From assembly GCF_006345805.1 (NCBI RefSeq), contig NW_021833447.1, positions 9,591-73,590 on the forward strand: a DNA stretch of 64,000 bases, read 5' to 3'. The position numbers and the translations under genes are program-made. How positions within the stretch are numbered: position 1 is the stretch's first letter; each line of letters starts with the position of its first letter. Below, one piece after another: positions 50,851-64,000 of this stretch. Source of the stretch: Octopus sinensis. Its lineage: Eukaryota. Under the pieces are notes generated by a model. It searched no databases. It had not been told where the DNA came from and saw only the letters and a program-made list of their open reading frames with translations.

Positions 50851-52779
50851 AACCAATTTACATGTAAATGAGATTATCATGGAGATCAAAATCAACAAAT
50901 TTCTGAAAGCTGTCAACTGCTTCTGTAGAGCTTTCTGAGAATCTGAAGAAATCTATGACACGGTTGCTCTTATTGCCAGCTGATTCTGCGTCTTCGCCCT
51001 CTGTCAACTCTTTTGTGATCACACTACACCCATATTTTGCATCGAGTACCTTATATAAAATTCCTGCTTACGTCCACACGTCCTGCATATCAACCATGTC
51101 CGCATTCCAGACGCGAGTCTTCTCTTTATTCTTGCAAACTATATCTTTTGTTTTAATAAACTTACTTTCAGAATTTTTGATTTTACTCTTACTGCCACGC
51201 TTGAACTTTTACTTTACTAAATCTTTGGCAACTTCGTGATATCTGAGTTTCTAAGGACAGCCGGTTTGAAACTGCCTGGAGGACTTCAACAAACAGGAGC
51301 TCCTATTCGAAACCGGAAGGAAACCTACTGGCACACAATAAATGCCTCTAATTCTCAACTTCTTGACTGTGTCTGTGCACTGTTGTATGGTTGGTCCATA
51401 CAATCCAATCATCAACATTAGTTTACCTTAGCAAATAGACAACGGATTGTGGAACCCTAATCATATATATTTGCATGCATTCGCATACATACACACAAAC
51501 ATATATATATATATATAATATATATATATATATGTGTATATATATATATATATATATGTGTGTCAAGATTAATCAGCCGAAATTGCTACGATGATCCGGT
51601 TCTTGACTGAAGATTGAGGGCTTCGAATGTCCCGTCCGTGTTTTTTGTATCGTCTAAGTGTTTTGCGTTCTTGTCCCAGTTTGTATTTTTCTACATATAA
51701 TAATAATAGTAATAATAATATATATATATATATATATATATTTATGTACGTTTGTGTATCTTATGATAAACAGTAAAAAGATATCTCCAGTCAAGAATGC
51801 ATCGAGATTAATTAGTTATGAACCCTGCATCATACAAATACACACTGAGGCGTGCGTGCACATATACACATAAACACACTCGTATAATGTGTGTGTGTAT
51901 ATATATATATATACACACACGCACACACAACATAATTATCCTTACACACTCACTTAGGTCGTTCTTCACACTAATTAGAATTTTCACGATTTCGAATGTG
52001 ATGCTATGAGGGAACATATACACGCATTCACACACATTTCTTTATGTGTGTGTGTGTGTGGTGTGTGTGTGTGTGTATATATATATAATATACACACATA
52101 TATATAAGCAAATCAAAAATAAAGAAAAACAGGAAAACGAACAACAAAAGTTAGTTAGACGAATACAATAAAAATATATCAGATGGAAGTCTTAGATGGA
52201 AAAATACCAATAGAAATGATGTTTCGAGCATGGCTCTTCATCGGGAAGAGGAAGAATGCCAGAGGGGAGAAAAAGGGGGGAAAGAACAGATACACACACA
52301 GAGACACACTGAGGGATATTAAAGTATTATAAAGTATGTTCGTATGTATACATCCGAGCTTTTTCACCTTTTTTTAAAGAGAAAAGTAGTTAATTTTTCA
52401 TATATTTCATATTTTAATCTATAAGAGCGCATAAATACGGTTGAATTTTTCTAATTTTTTCGGTGCAGTTATTTGTGCTATATTCGGAGACAAACTTATT
52501 GGAGAAATACTCACACACGCACATTAAGCAAACATTGCATGTATGCATATCTCCATGGTGATCAGCTTTGGTTGCCTTCACCACAAAACAACTTCGAGCA
52601 GATCTGCACCCATGCAAATAGGTTGAGCCTATCATAACGGGCATGAGGAATTCCCCAGAAGGGACAGAAGTCTAATTTGGTGAAGAAAAACAACAGAATC
52701 CCCGCTTTAGAGAACATGAAAATAAATAAGTATATACTTCACAATCGTAACTTTTATTTATCTCTATTGCGAACAGATC

Positions 52780-53150
52780 TAAGGCGGTGGCACAGTAGAC
52801 AAAATACTTAGCGGCACTTCGGTCGTCTTTACGTGTTGAGTTCAAATTCCACCGAGCTCGGCTTAGTTTTTCATCCTTTCGGAGTCGATATATCATATTT
52901 TAATGTATATAACGAACCCTTTTTTTTTTTTATTTGTCAAAAATTAGGTTAAAAGAATATGGGAGTTTCTTATACACGGATAGTATTATAATCCCTTACG
53001 AAACCATTTGTTTCAAATTTTAAGTCCCCAAAATAAGGGGGTTTCTTATACACGATAAAATATGGTAATAAGTACCAGTTGAACACTGGGGTCGATTTGA
53101 TCGAACGACTTCTTCCCCACAAAATTTCAGGATTTATAGTAGATAAGGTT
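52780..53150 (+). mobile_element. SINE family A interrupted by a MITE
   Basis: Head to core at 52780-52890, resuming at 53068 with ataagtaccagttgaacactggggtcgat and tail aaaatttcagg...atagtagataagg. Confidence 0.85.
52893..53065. mobile_element. Short Tc2-like MITE nested inside a family-A SINE
   Basis: Imperfect TIRs tcatattttaatgtatataacgaaccc / gggtttcttatacacgataaaatatgg, TA flanks. The SINE core is split at ...ggagtcgata | ataagtaccagttg... Confidence 0.85.
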
Positions 53151-54375
53151 ATGATTCCTTCTGTTTTTGTTCTCTATAACTACTCACAATTTTATAAATG
53201 GCCATAGTATCAAGTGGACACTCTCATACCGTATTATTTTCTTTTAATGTCTTAATTGAAAATACTGCACCTTACAGGCAATGCCGCGTGACACACAGAC
53301 AATAAATCTAAAAATAACTGTAAACAGAATTTTATTGTAAAAATTCGTCGCTTTCAGAGTATGTCATAAAGTATTGTTAAAATTTACCAGTGTATAATTT
53401 CACAAAACAGGGGAACCAGTTGAGCAATTTAGAGACAAAAAGAAGTGATGACATATCTATCGTTTGCAAAGAGGGATAACGTATTCAAAACACGGGTTTA
53501 GGGAGCGGTAGCTTCAATACTTGCCAAGGACAAATAGGATAACCATTAATACAACATCTTAGAGAGGAGAGCCTGGAATAGTTTAGTGAACCGCAAAGTT
53601 AAAGAAGAGTCCCTTTGAATATGAAGAGGAGGTAAACGTAGTTTTAACCGCACCGTGCACTTGTGTTGGTGGTTTATCTGGAATGAGTTGAGATGGTTCG
53701 AATCCATGAATCACCAACGCTATGAACAGTAGCCTAGCATAGGAACAACAGAGACCTGACACTGACATTCCATACACTATTCGCTAGGTTTGTCTGTGTA
53801 CACATACACACAGAACAATCATCTTTAGTTCTCTCGGTGAATATAGGATAATAACTGCTCTGAAATGATTTTATAATCGAAACCAGTGAATGCTGATAGA
53901 TGATTAAACGCTTGGAATAAGGATCTGTTAGTTGACGAGGGTGTATGCATTGCCCCAGACACTCAATCATATTTGCATATGTTTTCAGGTAAGGGGGCAC
54001 GAGCTATGAGAAGATACAAGAAGATTTGAACCTGGATCTGATGTGATAGGCATATTTGGAAGTTAGTGTACTAAAGAAACAATAGCGCCTTTCTCTCACA
54101 TGGCCATAACAATATGCTTGAAATTATAACCCAAAACTTCGCAAATAAACAACCGCCTCAAGTTGTATCTGGCTTCAAAATGGAGATCATATAAAAAGTA
54201 TTCCTAGAAATCATCACTATGGCGGTTGATCCAAACCAAACCAAACCAAACCAAACCTAGGGACCTCGAACTTAAAGACAGACAACACAGCACACACCAA
54301 ACGTTGAAGTATTAATTGGTTACAAGACACACATACATTATATATACATACATACATATATATATAATATATATA

Positions 54376-54420
<45 letters not shown>

Positions 54421-54969
54421 TGCATATATACATTTAACTTGACGGCGAATTGATGCTTATACACAAGAACAAGGATGAAAAATGTTAATATATACTATTA
54501 TAAATAATGAACGGCGTGTTTATGTGGAGACACCAACTCTCGTCCTGTCGGACTCTCGCGTCATTATATCCTCTCATATGAATACTTCTCAGAACTAAAA
54601 TACAGACACGCATAAACACACACATATATGTTTATACACACGGATATGCGTGTAAAGACACATACACACACACGTATGTATATATATATATGCGTGTGGG
54701 AGTACATATTTTTAATAGGGGCGTGCTGGAGTTTGTGAAAACAAGTTTCAGTGCACGATATTCCTTGTGGAATGATATACAGTCTTACGTACGTATATAC
54801 ATTATAATTAACATAAAATATATATACTATACATATACTAATATAACCCGAACATATATATACACACGTATAAAATATATATTATATACATATAAAACAA
54901 ACATATATGTAAGTATATAAAATATACACATATATAAAAACACAAGTACACATGTGAATATATATAATA

Positions 54970-55012
<43 letters not shown>

Positions 55013-55078
55013 ATATATAACGCACACACACACACATATATATGAATATATATACATACACATTATGTACATATATAC

Positions 55079-55123
<45 letters not shown>

Positions 55124-55288
55124 TATATATTATATATATATATATATATATAATATATATATATATATATCTATATAGACACACACTTATACACATATAT
55201 GTGAATTATTATGTATATAAATTCCATCAGGTAATTATAAAAATATTTATTTATAATTCGCGACGTTTTCTGTTTCACACCCACCCGC

Positions 55289-55343
<55 letters not shown>

Positions 55344-55970
55344 CATGTCTGCGTGTGCTTATGATACGATAGACGCATATACATGATATACGTCCATACA
55401 CCGCCATTGCCGTATATGCGACTGATCCTTAAACGTATCCCACTCTGTCGAAGGAGTTGACAAATTTCAGGGCCATAAAGCAATAGGCCATCCATCACAT
55501 AACCTAATACGTGGGATTCAATGTATAATGGGGCGAGACAACACATGCTCGTATCTTTCTCACCTCTGTGTGCATATCTTCGTTTTGCGTTCACGAACCA
55601 CCGGGTTCGATCCCACCACGAAGCTCAGCAATTTAGGCATCTGTCATTTTGCATGGCATCGGGTTAAACCCATCCATGCGGGGAAAACCGATTAGAAACA
55701 GTGAAAGCTGGCTGATAGGAGGTCTTAATTTGTGAAAGGTAGGGCCTGCGTCTGAGGTTCACTCGACCATTCACACACAATAACAAAACGCGATGGTAGT
55801 TTAATTGATTTGGATAACTGGAAAACTAATTGTCACTCACACATAAACACCTCTGTATGGGCGTGGGTGCGCGCACTCGCCATGCATTTCTTATGAATAA
55901 AAATTTTGGGCTCCACACACGTATTGACGGTTTTTGGCGGTTTATGACACTCAGTATTTTTAATGCTATT

Positions 55971-56024
<54 letters not shown>

Positions 56025-56214
56025 GACACATATGCACAGAGATAAATATATAAATATACATATGTATTTATAATCGTGTATCTGTGCATATCTGTGCGGT
56101 GCCCCAGCATGGCCTCAGCCGGATGGCTGAAACAAGTAAAAGAGTATATATGTATGTGTGTGTGTGTGTGTGTCTGTGCATTTATTATTATATGTATGTG
56201 TGTGTGTATACATG

Positions 56215-56390
56215 CATATATGGATACAGGACGTAACCAACGATGCAAATACCATGAAATACGTAAACAAAGAGTTAAATATTTAAACAACAAGAAAAAA
56301 AGAAGAAAACAGGACAAGTAGACACAGAGAAAGGACCCTTCATCAGTTGTCGGCTGTCTATCTACTCCTCATTTCGAGCATTCAACATCT
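56215..56390 (-). repeat. Second copy of the 45165-45345 repeat
   Basis: gacccttcatcagttgtcggctgtctatctactcctcatttcgagcattcaac is the near reverse complement of 45167-45219; flanked by microsatellites. Confidence 0.72.
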
Positions 56391-56468
56391 ATGTATATAT
56401 AAATATATTATCTATGTATATATAAATACATATATATATATATATATATATATATGCATATATATATA

Positions 56469-56520
<52 letters not shown>

Positions 56521-58022
56521 TTATATATACATAGATATATAATTATATATAGATATTTGCGTATGTGTGTAGAAATATATATGTGTGTGTGGTGGGGGTT
56601 GTATACAAAATAAATAATATAAGACAACGTAGAAAAAAGCTCAGTCTGTTATAATGACAAAATAATATAGTTTAACAGAAGCAGCACCATTTATTCTACA
56701 ATTACTATTGTATTATTATTATTATTACTATTATTATTATTATTATTATAACTATTGTTATTATTACTATTACTATTATTATTATTATTATTATTACTAT
56801 TACTACTATATGATGTTTCTTGTGAATGCTTTTAAAATCTATTACACGATTTGAATTATTTTACTTATATTTTTTTTCTTTCTCTTATGGGTATTTTACA
56901 ATTTAAATTTTTTCTTTCACTCCAGCTATCTGCTGCCCTACCATAATTCAAAAACAGAATGAAATGCAAATCCGAAGTTATATTCAACAAATTCCCCCCT
57001 CAAACTTCACGAAGATAGTATATCTTCATGCTTTTCTTTGTTGAGTATTTTTCTTCTTTTTTTTGTTAATTCTCTTTGTTTTATATTTGTTTATTAATTT
57101 ATGTTAGCAGTTTCATATTAGTAGTGCAGTTGGTGATATTGCATTAGACAGAACATTCTATCTATCTATCTATCTATCTATTACGTGTGTTTATGTGTAT
57201 GTTCATGTATGCACATATACATAGTCAAATATGTACAAACTATAATATATATTTATATATACATATATATATACATACACACACACACATATATATAATA
57301 TATTATAATATAATATATATATATAATATATATATATTTTATAAATATGATTTTGATTTTGATTTTTCTAGTTTCAGCTAATAAGCTGTGGCCATGCTGG
57401 GGCACCGCCATATATATATAATATATAATATATAATATATATATATATACACATACATATATATATATATACATACATATATATTAATACACATGCACAC
57501 ATATATTGATATAAACACATACATACACACATACTATTTATGTGTGAGCGTGCGTGTGTGTGGTTGTACATGTATGAGTGCGTGGGTATGTTTCTACATA
57601 CATGTGTGTGTGTGTGTGTGTACATGCAAATATATCACCATGAGTAGCTTTCTTTTTTCGTTTTTTTTTTTAAATATTTTTGTTGTTGTTTTGAATTGCC
57701 AGCGAAGCGATTACATTCAATAGGCGTTAATGTACATGTTTGTTGGCCGGGTGGTAGATTGATGGCAGTGATGATGATGATGATGATAAATAAGGATGGA
57801 GGTGCCAGCAGCCGTGCGGCTGATATTTGTAGCGGTATAGTTGAATGTTGCAAAAATTACACACACACACACACACACACATATGTATGATATATATAAT
57901 ATATATGTATGTAAACGTTTCTATTTCTCTTTCAATTTCAGAATTATAACTATTAGCGGTTTGAGTTTGGCTGCTCTTTCTAGTGAGTCGAATGTCCTAT
58001 TATGGCCATTCCTTATATTTTT

Positions 58023-58075
<53 letters not shown>

Positions 58076-58384
58076 ATATATTATATATTATATTATACTA
58101 TTTATTTTATCGCGAGGACAACGCAAATGGCTTCCAACGCATTTGGTAGGAGTTTTATTTAAGTTAAGAGAGGACAAACCGGTCGCTAACAAAGCATCAA
58201 GACCGTATGTATGTATGTATGGATGGATGTATGACTTGTTATTTTCATCAATTTATACAAAGCAAATGAATATCTACTGTTGCTGAGACTTAATACATTT
58301 TAGTAAAGATGTGAGTTCGTAATTATCAACGTGTAATTGTGGCTGTGTGTGTGTGCACAAATACATGTATAGATATTCTTAAAC

Positions 58385-58420
<36 letters not shown>

Positions 58421-58632
58421 CACGCAAATTATTTAAGAGTGTGTACCTATTATCATTCCCGAAGCATAATGAAGTGAATTTTTGGCGGGCTTGAACTAAA
58501 TATACTAGGTGTGTAGGTGACTGTGTACGTATCTGTCTGCCTCTCTGTCTAGCTACCTCCAGAATAATTGAGTGTGCACACACGCGCGCTCATATGACTG
58601 TAGACCTACATACACACATGAGTATGCTTGTT

Positions 58633-58664
<32 letters not shown>

Positions 58665-59591
58665 TACAGAGAGAGAGGTACGTAGATAGACAGATAAATA
58701 AACATTGATAAATAGATAGACAGATAGATTAATAGATAGATCCACAGATAGGTAAATAAATAGGCAGATAAATAGACACATAGGTAAATAAATAAATAGA
58801 TAGATAGATATGATATATATAAATTTACATTAAGTTGTATTTCTAAGTCACACACTTCGAAAAACATGGACATAAAAAAAATAATTGAATAAATAAAAAC
58901 CTTTAATGGCGACACATTGACATGATGGAAGTAGTAGTATTAACAGTAGTGTTAGTAGTATAAAGTATTGATATCATGAATAATAGCTGTAGTAGTAGTA
59001 GTAGTAGTAGTAGTCTGAACACTCGAGGTATCGGATAAGTATTTTTCTGTGCGAGTATTGAAGCAATAAAGACGTGTGTGTGTCTGTATGTAAGTGTGTG
59101 TGTCTCTATGTAAGTGTGTGTGTGTGTGTGTGTGTGCATAAGAGTGATGTGATGGTTGTTTTAGACAGCAGTGCCCTCCCTAATTCAGACTCTAACATAA
59201 CGGACCCCTAGTAATCGGTCAAGCGTAACAGCGTAACTCGATTTCACACACATATCCACACGCTCTCAGAAAATGTATACATATCCGCGCGACTACATAT
59301 ATATATATATATATGTATGTAAGTATAAATGTATCGCAATACAACCGATGCGGAATTTGAATAATATCTATCTTAACACAAAACAGAATATATATGTGAT
59401 TATTGTGTGAGTGGAAATTGCTAAATATAGCAGCCAAATCTCCTTCACATAGCATTTTAAGGTTCTGATATAGAATATATATATTGGGATAATGTAGTCA
59501 GAGACACACTGTCTAAATAAAAGATGAGATGGTCGTTACTGTAACAAATATAATGGATGATGTTGACCTGTGGCTAATTAACAATACACAC

Positions 59592-59652
<61 letters not shown>

Positions 59653-60814
59653 ATATATATATAGATATATATATATATATAATGTTCAGTTATAATGAAA
59701 TAATTTTACATTAATCTGATGGGTTACTCTATACTCTCTGGCGTACAAATTTATTATTGTTGTCGACAGTGACTTCGAAGTTTCGGCCAGCAGCAAAGCC
59801 ATACGTGTTCAACATTCAAAGATATACATTCGTATGTGCGTTTATATATATATATATTCGTTCAACCACGCATATAGTATAAAGGTACGCTGTCATATGT
59901 ACTCATGCATGTATATTTATGTATGTCTATACGTGTATAGGCATGTAATAGTCATTTGAAACGGTTTACACCCCACATCACTTGAAGGTAATATTTTATG
60001 AATAATAAACGTCGAAAATAATTTCACTTGCATCGCTCAAACCCAAACTCCTCATTTTTATGAAGAAAGTAGAATTCGCAACAATTTCCGCCAGGATTGA
60101 ATTCGAAGCCAAATTTTCGGTAACATCGGTGCGCTACTAAGAATTTTTTTAAATTCATAATTGTATAATACTAGATTAAATCTGATCTAACAAATCTTAA
60201 ATAAAAGGTAATCCAGTCACATGATCGGCTGATAGTTTGGAGTGACGACAGGGAGACATTGCCATTATATCTAACACGGTACTAATAGGTATATTAGTAT
60301 ATACCACTGGTATATAGCATGACTAGAGTTGAATGCTTTATATATAAATATATATATATATTATCAATCACGGAAGGGAAACGAAGGTAAATATAGTCTC
60401 GGGAAATTGAATTTCATACGCGTCTGGCCGGAACGAAATGTCGAATGCCATTTCGTCCGGCAAACTAACGGACAGAAAAATTATTGTTATAATACTATAT
60501 GACAGAAAAAGTGATCGAGACATGTACACTGATACTCTACCGATTCTATAACGATTGCCAATATAATTAGAATTTTATATTAGTATTATTTATTAAATTA
60601 TAATTATTTAGACATTATGTTTATCAAAATGTTTCGTTAGTGTTAATTACAACAGCTAATAATAATAAAAAATAGTTATCGGTTGCTACACACTTTTTAA
60701 TTTACATGAATATCCATACAACCACATCCATATATGTATATATAAAAACACCTAAATATACATACATACATATATATATATTTATATATTGCACGACTAA
60801 ATATATAAGCATAC

Positions 60815-60905
60815 CTATTTCTTTATTACCCACAAGGGGCTAAACATAGAGGGGACAAGCAAGGACAGACAAAGGGATTAAGTCAATTACATTGACCTCG
60901 GCGGA
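60815..60905 (-). mobile_element. SINE family A 3' fragment with alternative tail
   Basis: tttctttattacccacaaggggcta...acagacaaagggattaagtcaattacattgacctcggcgg is related to the tail at 24025-24075. Confidence 0.65.
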
Positions 60906-61249
60906 ATAAAATATATAAGTATATGTCTGCACTCACAGTAACGTATAATGCGTGTGTATAAAATGTAGTCTAAAAATAGTGTAGCGTCTACAATTTACTA
61001 TGAAGCAATAGATATCAACTGGTATTTGAAACCTTGCCGTTACATCATCCCTAAAATCTTTACTAAGGACGCCCCACGATCAACTCAGGTTTTCTCTACA
61101 CGGTTGGCTCCAACCTCCAGAAAAATCGCATTTGATTTTGCCCCAAATGTAGATGACGAAATGGCCACGACTGGATCACTTTAATATACATACACACATA
61201 TATATTGGTACATACATATGTTGAGCACTCACTCTCATCATTTGATCAT

Positions 61250-61251
61250 CC

Positions 61252-61293
<42 letters not shown>

Positions 61294-61316
61294 TTGTATA
61301 TGTATTTATCTATCTG

Positions 61317-61393
<77 letters not shown>
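61250..61393. repeat. Inverted (TATC)n/(GATA)n microsatellite junction
   Basis: (tatc)n at 61252-61293, a short spacer, then (gata)n at 61317-61393. Confidence 0.9.
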
Positions 61394-61394
<1 letters not shown>

Positions 61395-61694
61395 CATGGG
61401 TATATGTCTATGTACGTAGTGACTATCACCTGATACCAATAGAACAGTCATTCACACTAAGCACAATTCCAGGCAGAAAACACCTTACTATGTATTTTCT
61501 ATCAACCACATGGAGTTTGTACATTTGAACAGTTAAAAACATGCTGACATTTCAACTAGCGACGCTAAACGGGGAAAATCTCAATATATATATATTAGCT
61601 ACAGATAATCTATACACATCATATACACACATATATATATATCATTATACATTCACATGCCTATATTTATATTTACATATATATATTTATATTT

Positions 61695-61725
<31 letters not shown>

Positions 61726-62497
61726 ATATATATATGTATGTGTGTGTGTGTGTGAGTGTGTGTACATATCCAGTCGTACAAAACACACGGAAACACGCTT
61801 GTATGTATCATCTAATACTATATTTCACAAACAACAGCCATCACAAACAGAGGGTGCCCCTCGATGTCTCACTCACACACACACACACACATATGCATGC
61901 GCACACACATGCATGTACACACGTACATATAAATAAATATTTTTTATTTATATTCGCAATCACATTTGATTAGTCTTTTTCTCTTCTTTTAATTAAGCGC
62001 CTCTTTTGATCGTATTTTGGAAAACAATATACTATGATACATGTTGCTCACTAATTATCATTATTAATGACTAATTTGCAATATTTTCGTCTCTACTTGC
62101 TCTTATTATGTATATATGTGTGTGTGTGTATATATATGTGTGTGTGTTTCTGTGTGGAAAAAAAAATGAAACTTATGTATATTATCATAATCATCATTAT
62201 ACACATCAATTAACAATTATAGAAGCATTTGTATATTTCACTCGCGTAATTAGGTTTTTAGAATACATCCATCTGTCTCTCATATATAACTGGGTAGTAA
62301 CCATGTACTCATATATGCGGGCGCGCAAGCACACACACACACACACATACATACACACATATATATGCATGCATGTATGTATGACTATCAGTTTTACTAA
62401 CCAACTCGTCCACCTGCCTATTTATTCCTCTAACTGACCATATATACATATATAAATGTGAGTGCACGCATGTATGTGTATATAAATATATGTGTAT

Positions 62498-62546
<49 letters not shown>

Positions 62547-62803
62547 TATATATATAAACATACGCATACGTGTGTGTGTATATATATAGATAGATAGATA
62601 GGTATATGTGTGTGCATGCTCACATCCTTATCCACTTATATATCTGTGTATAGTTTCCATTTATCTATATGCCTATCTCCATTTTTCAACCTACATCACT
62701 TAACCTTTCTTTATACGTGTGTGTGTGTATGTGTGTGGTTCGTTATCCATCTACCGTCATCTTTGTATCTGTTTCTTCCCTTCTCTCTGTATCTCAATAC
62801 ATG

Positions 62804-62845
<42 letters not shown>

Positions 62846-63337
62846 GAGATATATTTAGTTGTGTCTGGGGAGAGTCATTCTCTTGTAGTGTCTTATAATT
62901 TAACACACTCACCGGCAAAATTTCCACTCATTTACTTATTTACTTTTCTAAAATTTGTTACAAGCGAAATCCCAAAACGAGATATATTCATATCTACCTA
63001 TGATATATTAACACATACACAGAACTGTGTGTGTGAGTATATATATATGTATGTATGTATATATACATACATATATACAAATATACATACATACATATAT
63101 ATATATATATTCATACAATACATATATATATATATAGATATATATATATATATATATATCATACACATCACACACATATATATATATATATATATTCATA
63201 CACATACACACACATACACCACATATATATTATATATTATTATATATATATATTCATACACATACACACACATACACACATATATATATATATATTCATA
63301 CACATACACACACACATATATATATATTCATACACAT

Positions 63338-63368
<31 letters not shown>

Positions 63369-64000
63369 CGTACATATATAGGTGTGTGTATGTATATAGA
63401 GAGAGACACGCATATACTCATATGCAAATAAAACGCGCGCTCACACACATCTACGTGTAGGCAGAGATGGAAATAGCTAAATAATTACATACAACAAGCA
63501 CATTGACACATTCATCCACAAATCAACACACACACATTTAAACACCTACGTACACACATCAACGCATACATACACCCAAGTAGAAATCCACACACACTTA
63601 GACACACAAACACTTAGCTTTAGAAAGAAGTTTTACATCTACAGTAGCTACAACAAGAATGAGACGAAGATATAAATACAATGGCTTAAATAAATAAAAG
63701 ACACATTTAAAGGCTGCAGTGTCCAGTTGAAGGGGTATACGGGGTATGTAAGTTGAAGCGTACCCCTAATCGGAAGTCTTTGTCAGCCGGGTGTAGACAG
63801 AGCCAGCTATTGTACGCAGCGATACGGTTTCTCAAATAATGTTATTTTCCAATGTCAGATGAAGAGCTGTTGTGTAGCTGAATAGCCAGTCTCTAAAGCT
63901 TAAACTATCATATACACCTCTACACACACACACACACGTGCGTGCACACACAGACACACAAACACACATATTTGTGCGTGTGTATGTTTGTATGCGAGGC

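Noticed and set aside
53520-54110. GC-richer unique block with a CAG|GTAAGG donor-like site (~53989)
   Set aside because: No sustained ORF, no matching acceptor and no recognisable TE or protein motif; insufficient support.
294-63460. The many YI/CV/HT/IIII-rich ORFs of the six-frame track (e.g. 30577-31380, 5572-6126, 62861-63460)
   Set aside because: They are translations of (TA)n, (CA)n, (ATT)n and (TATC)n microsatellites, which lack stops in some frames; no protein-like complexity.
63850-63872. GATGAAGAGCTGT resembling the 3' half of miR-745/miR-22 family members
   Set aside because: The seed region does not match and I could not find a complementary arm.

Overview
Eukaryotic, AT-rich, mostly non-coding DNA saturated with (TA)n/(CA)n/(ATT)n/(GATA)n microsatellites. 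It carries two very abundant tRNA-derived SINE families that I recognise from memory as typical of Octopus (coleoid cephalopod); the species assignment is an inference. Almost all ORF-track entries are microsatellite or SINE artefacts. The only clear protein homology is a decayed Tc1-superfamily transposon (14.3-15.8 kb) with ~210-bp TIRs and DD37E (TRT-type) spacing. Other mobile DNA includes four TIR-bounded MITEs (two Tc2-like, one nested in a SINE; one Tigger-like; one hAT/Charlie-like), a 3' stub of a Dong/R4-like LINE inside a (TAA)n tract, and Penelope-like tails. The most interesting non-TE signals are a divergent promoter pair (minus-strand TATA+Inr at ~22124; plus-strand ETS/CRE+Inr+splice donor at ~23439), a candidate minus-strand terminal exon (26.15-26.53 kb), a decayed type I hammerhead ribozyme (29.7 kb), a periodic YY1/Pho-motif array (8.1-8.3 kb), RFX/Otx motif clusters and closely spaced inverted SINE pairs that could be ADAR substrates. 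No host protein-coding gene could be named, and I found no convincing novel multi-gene system. SINE and repeat boundaries are approximate.
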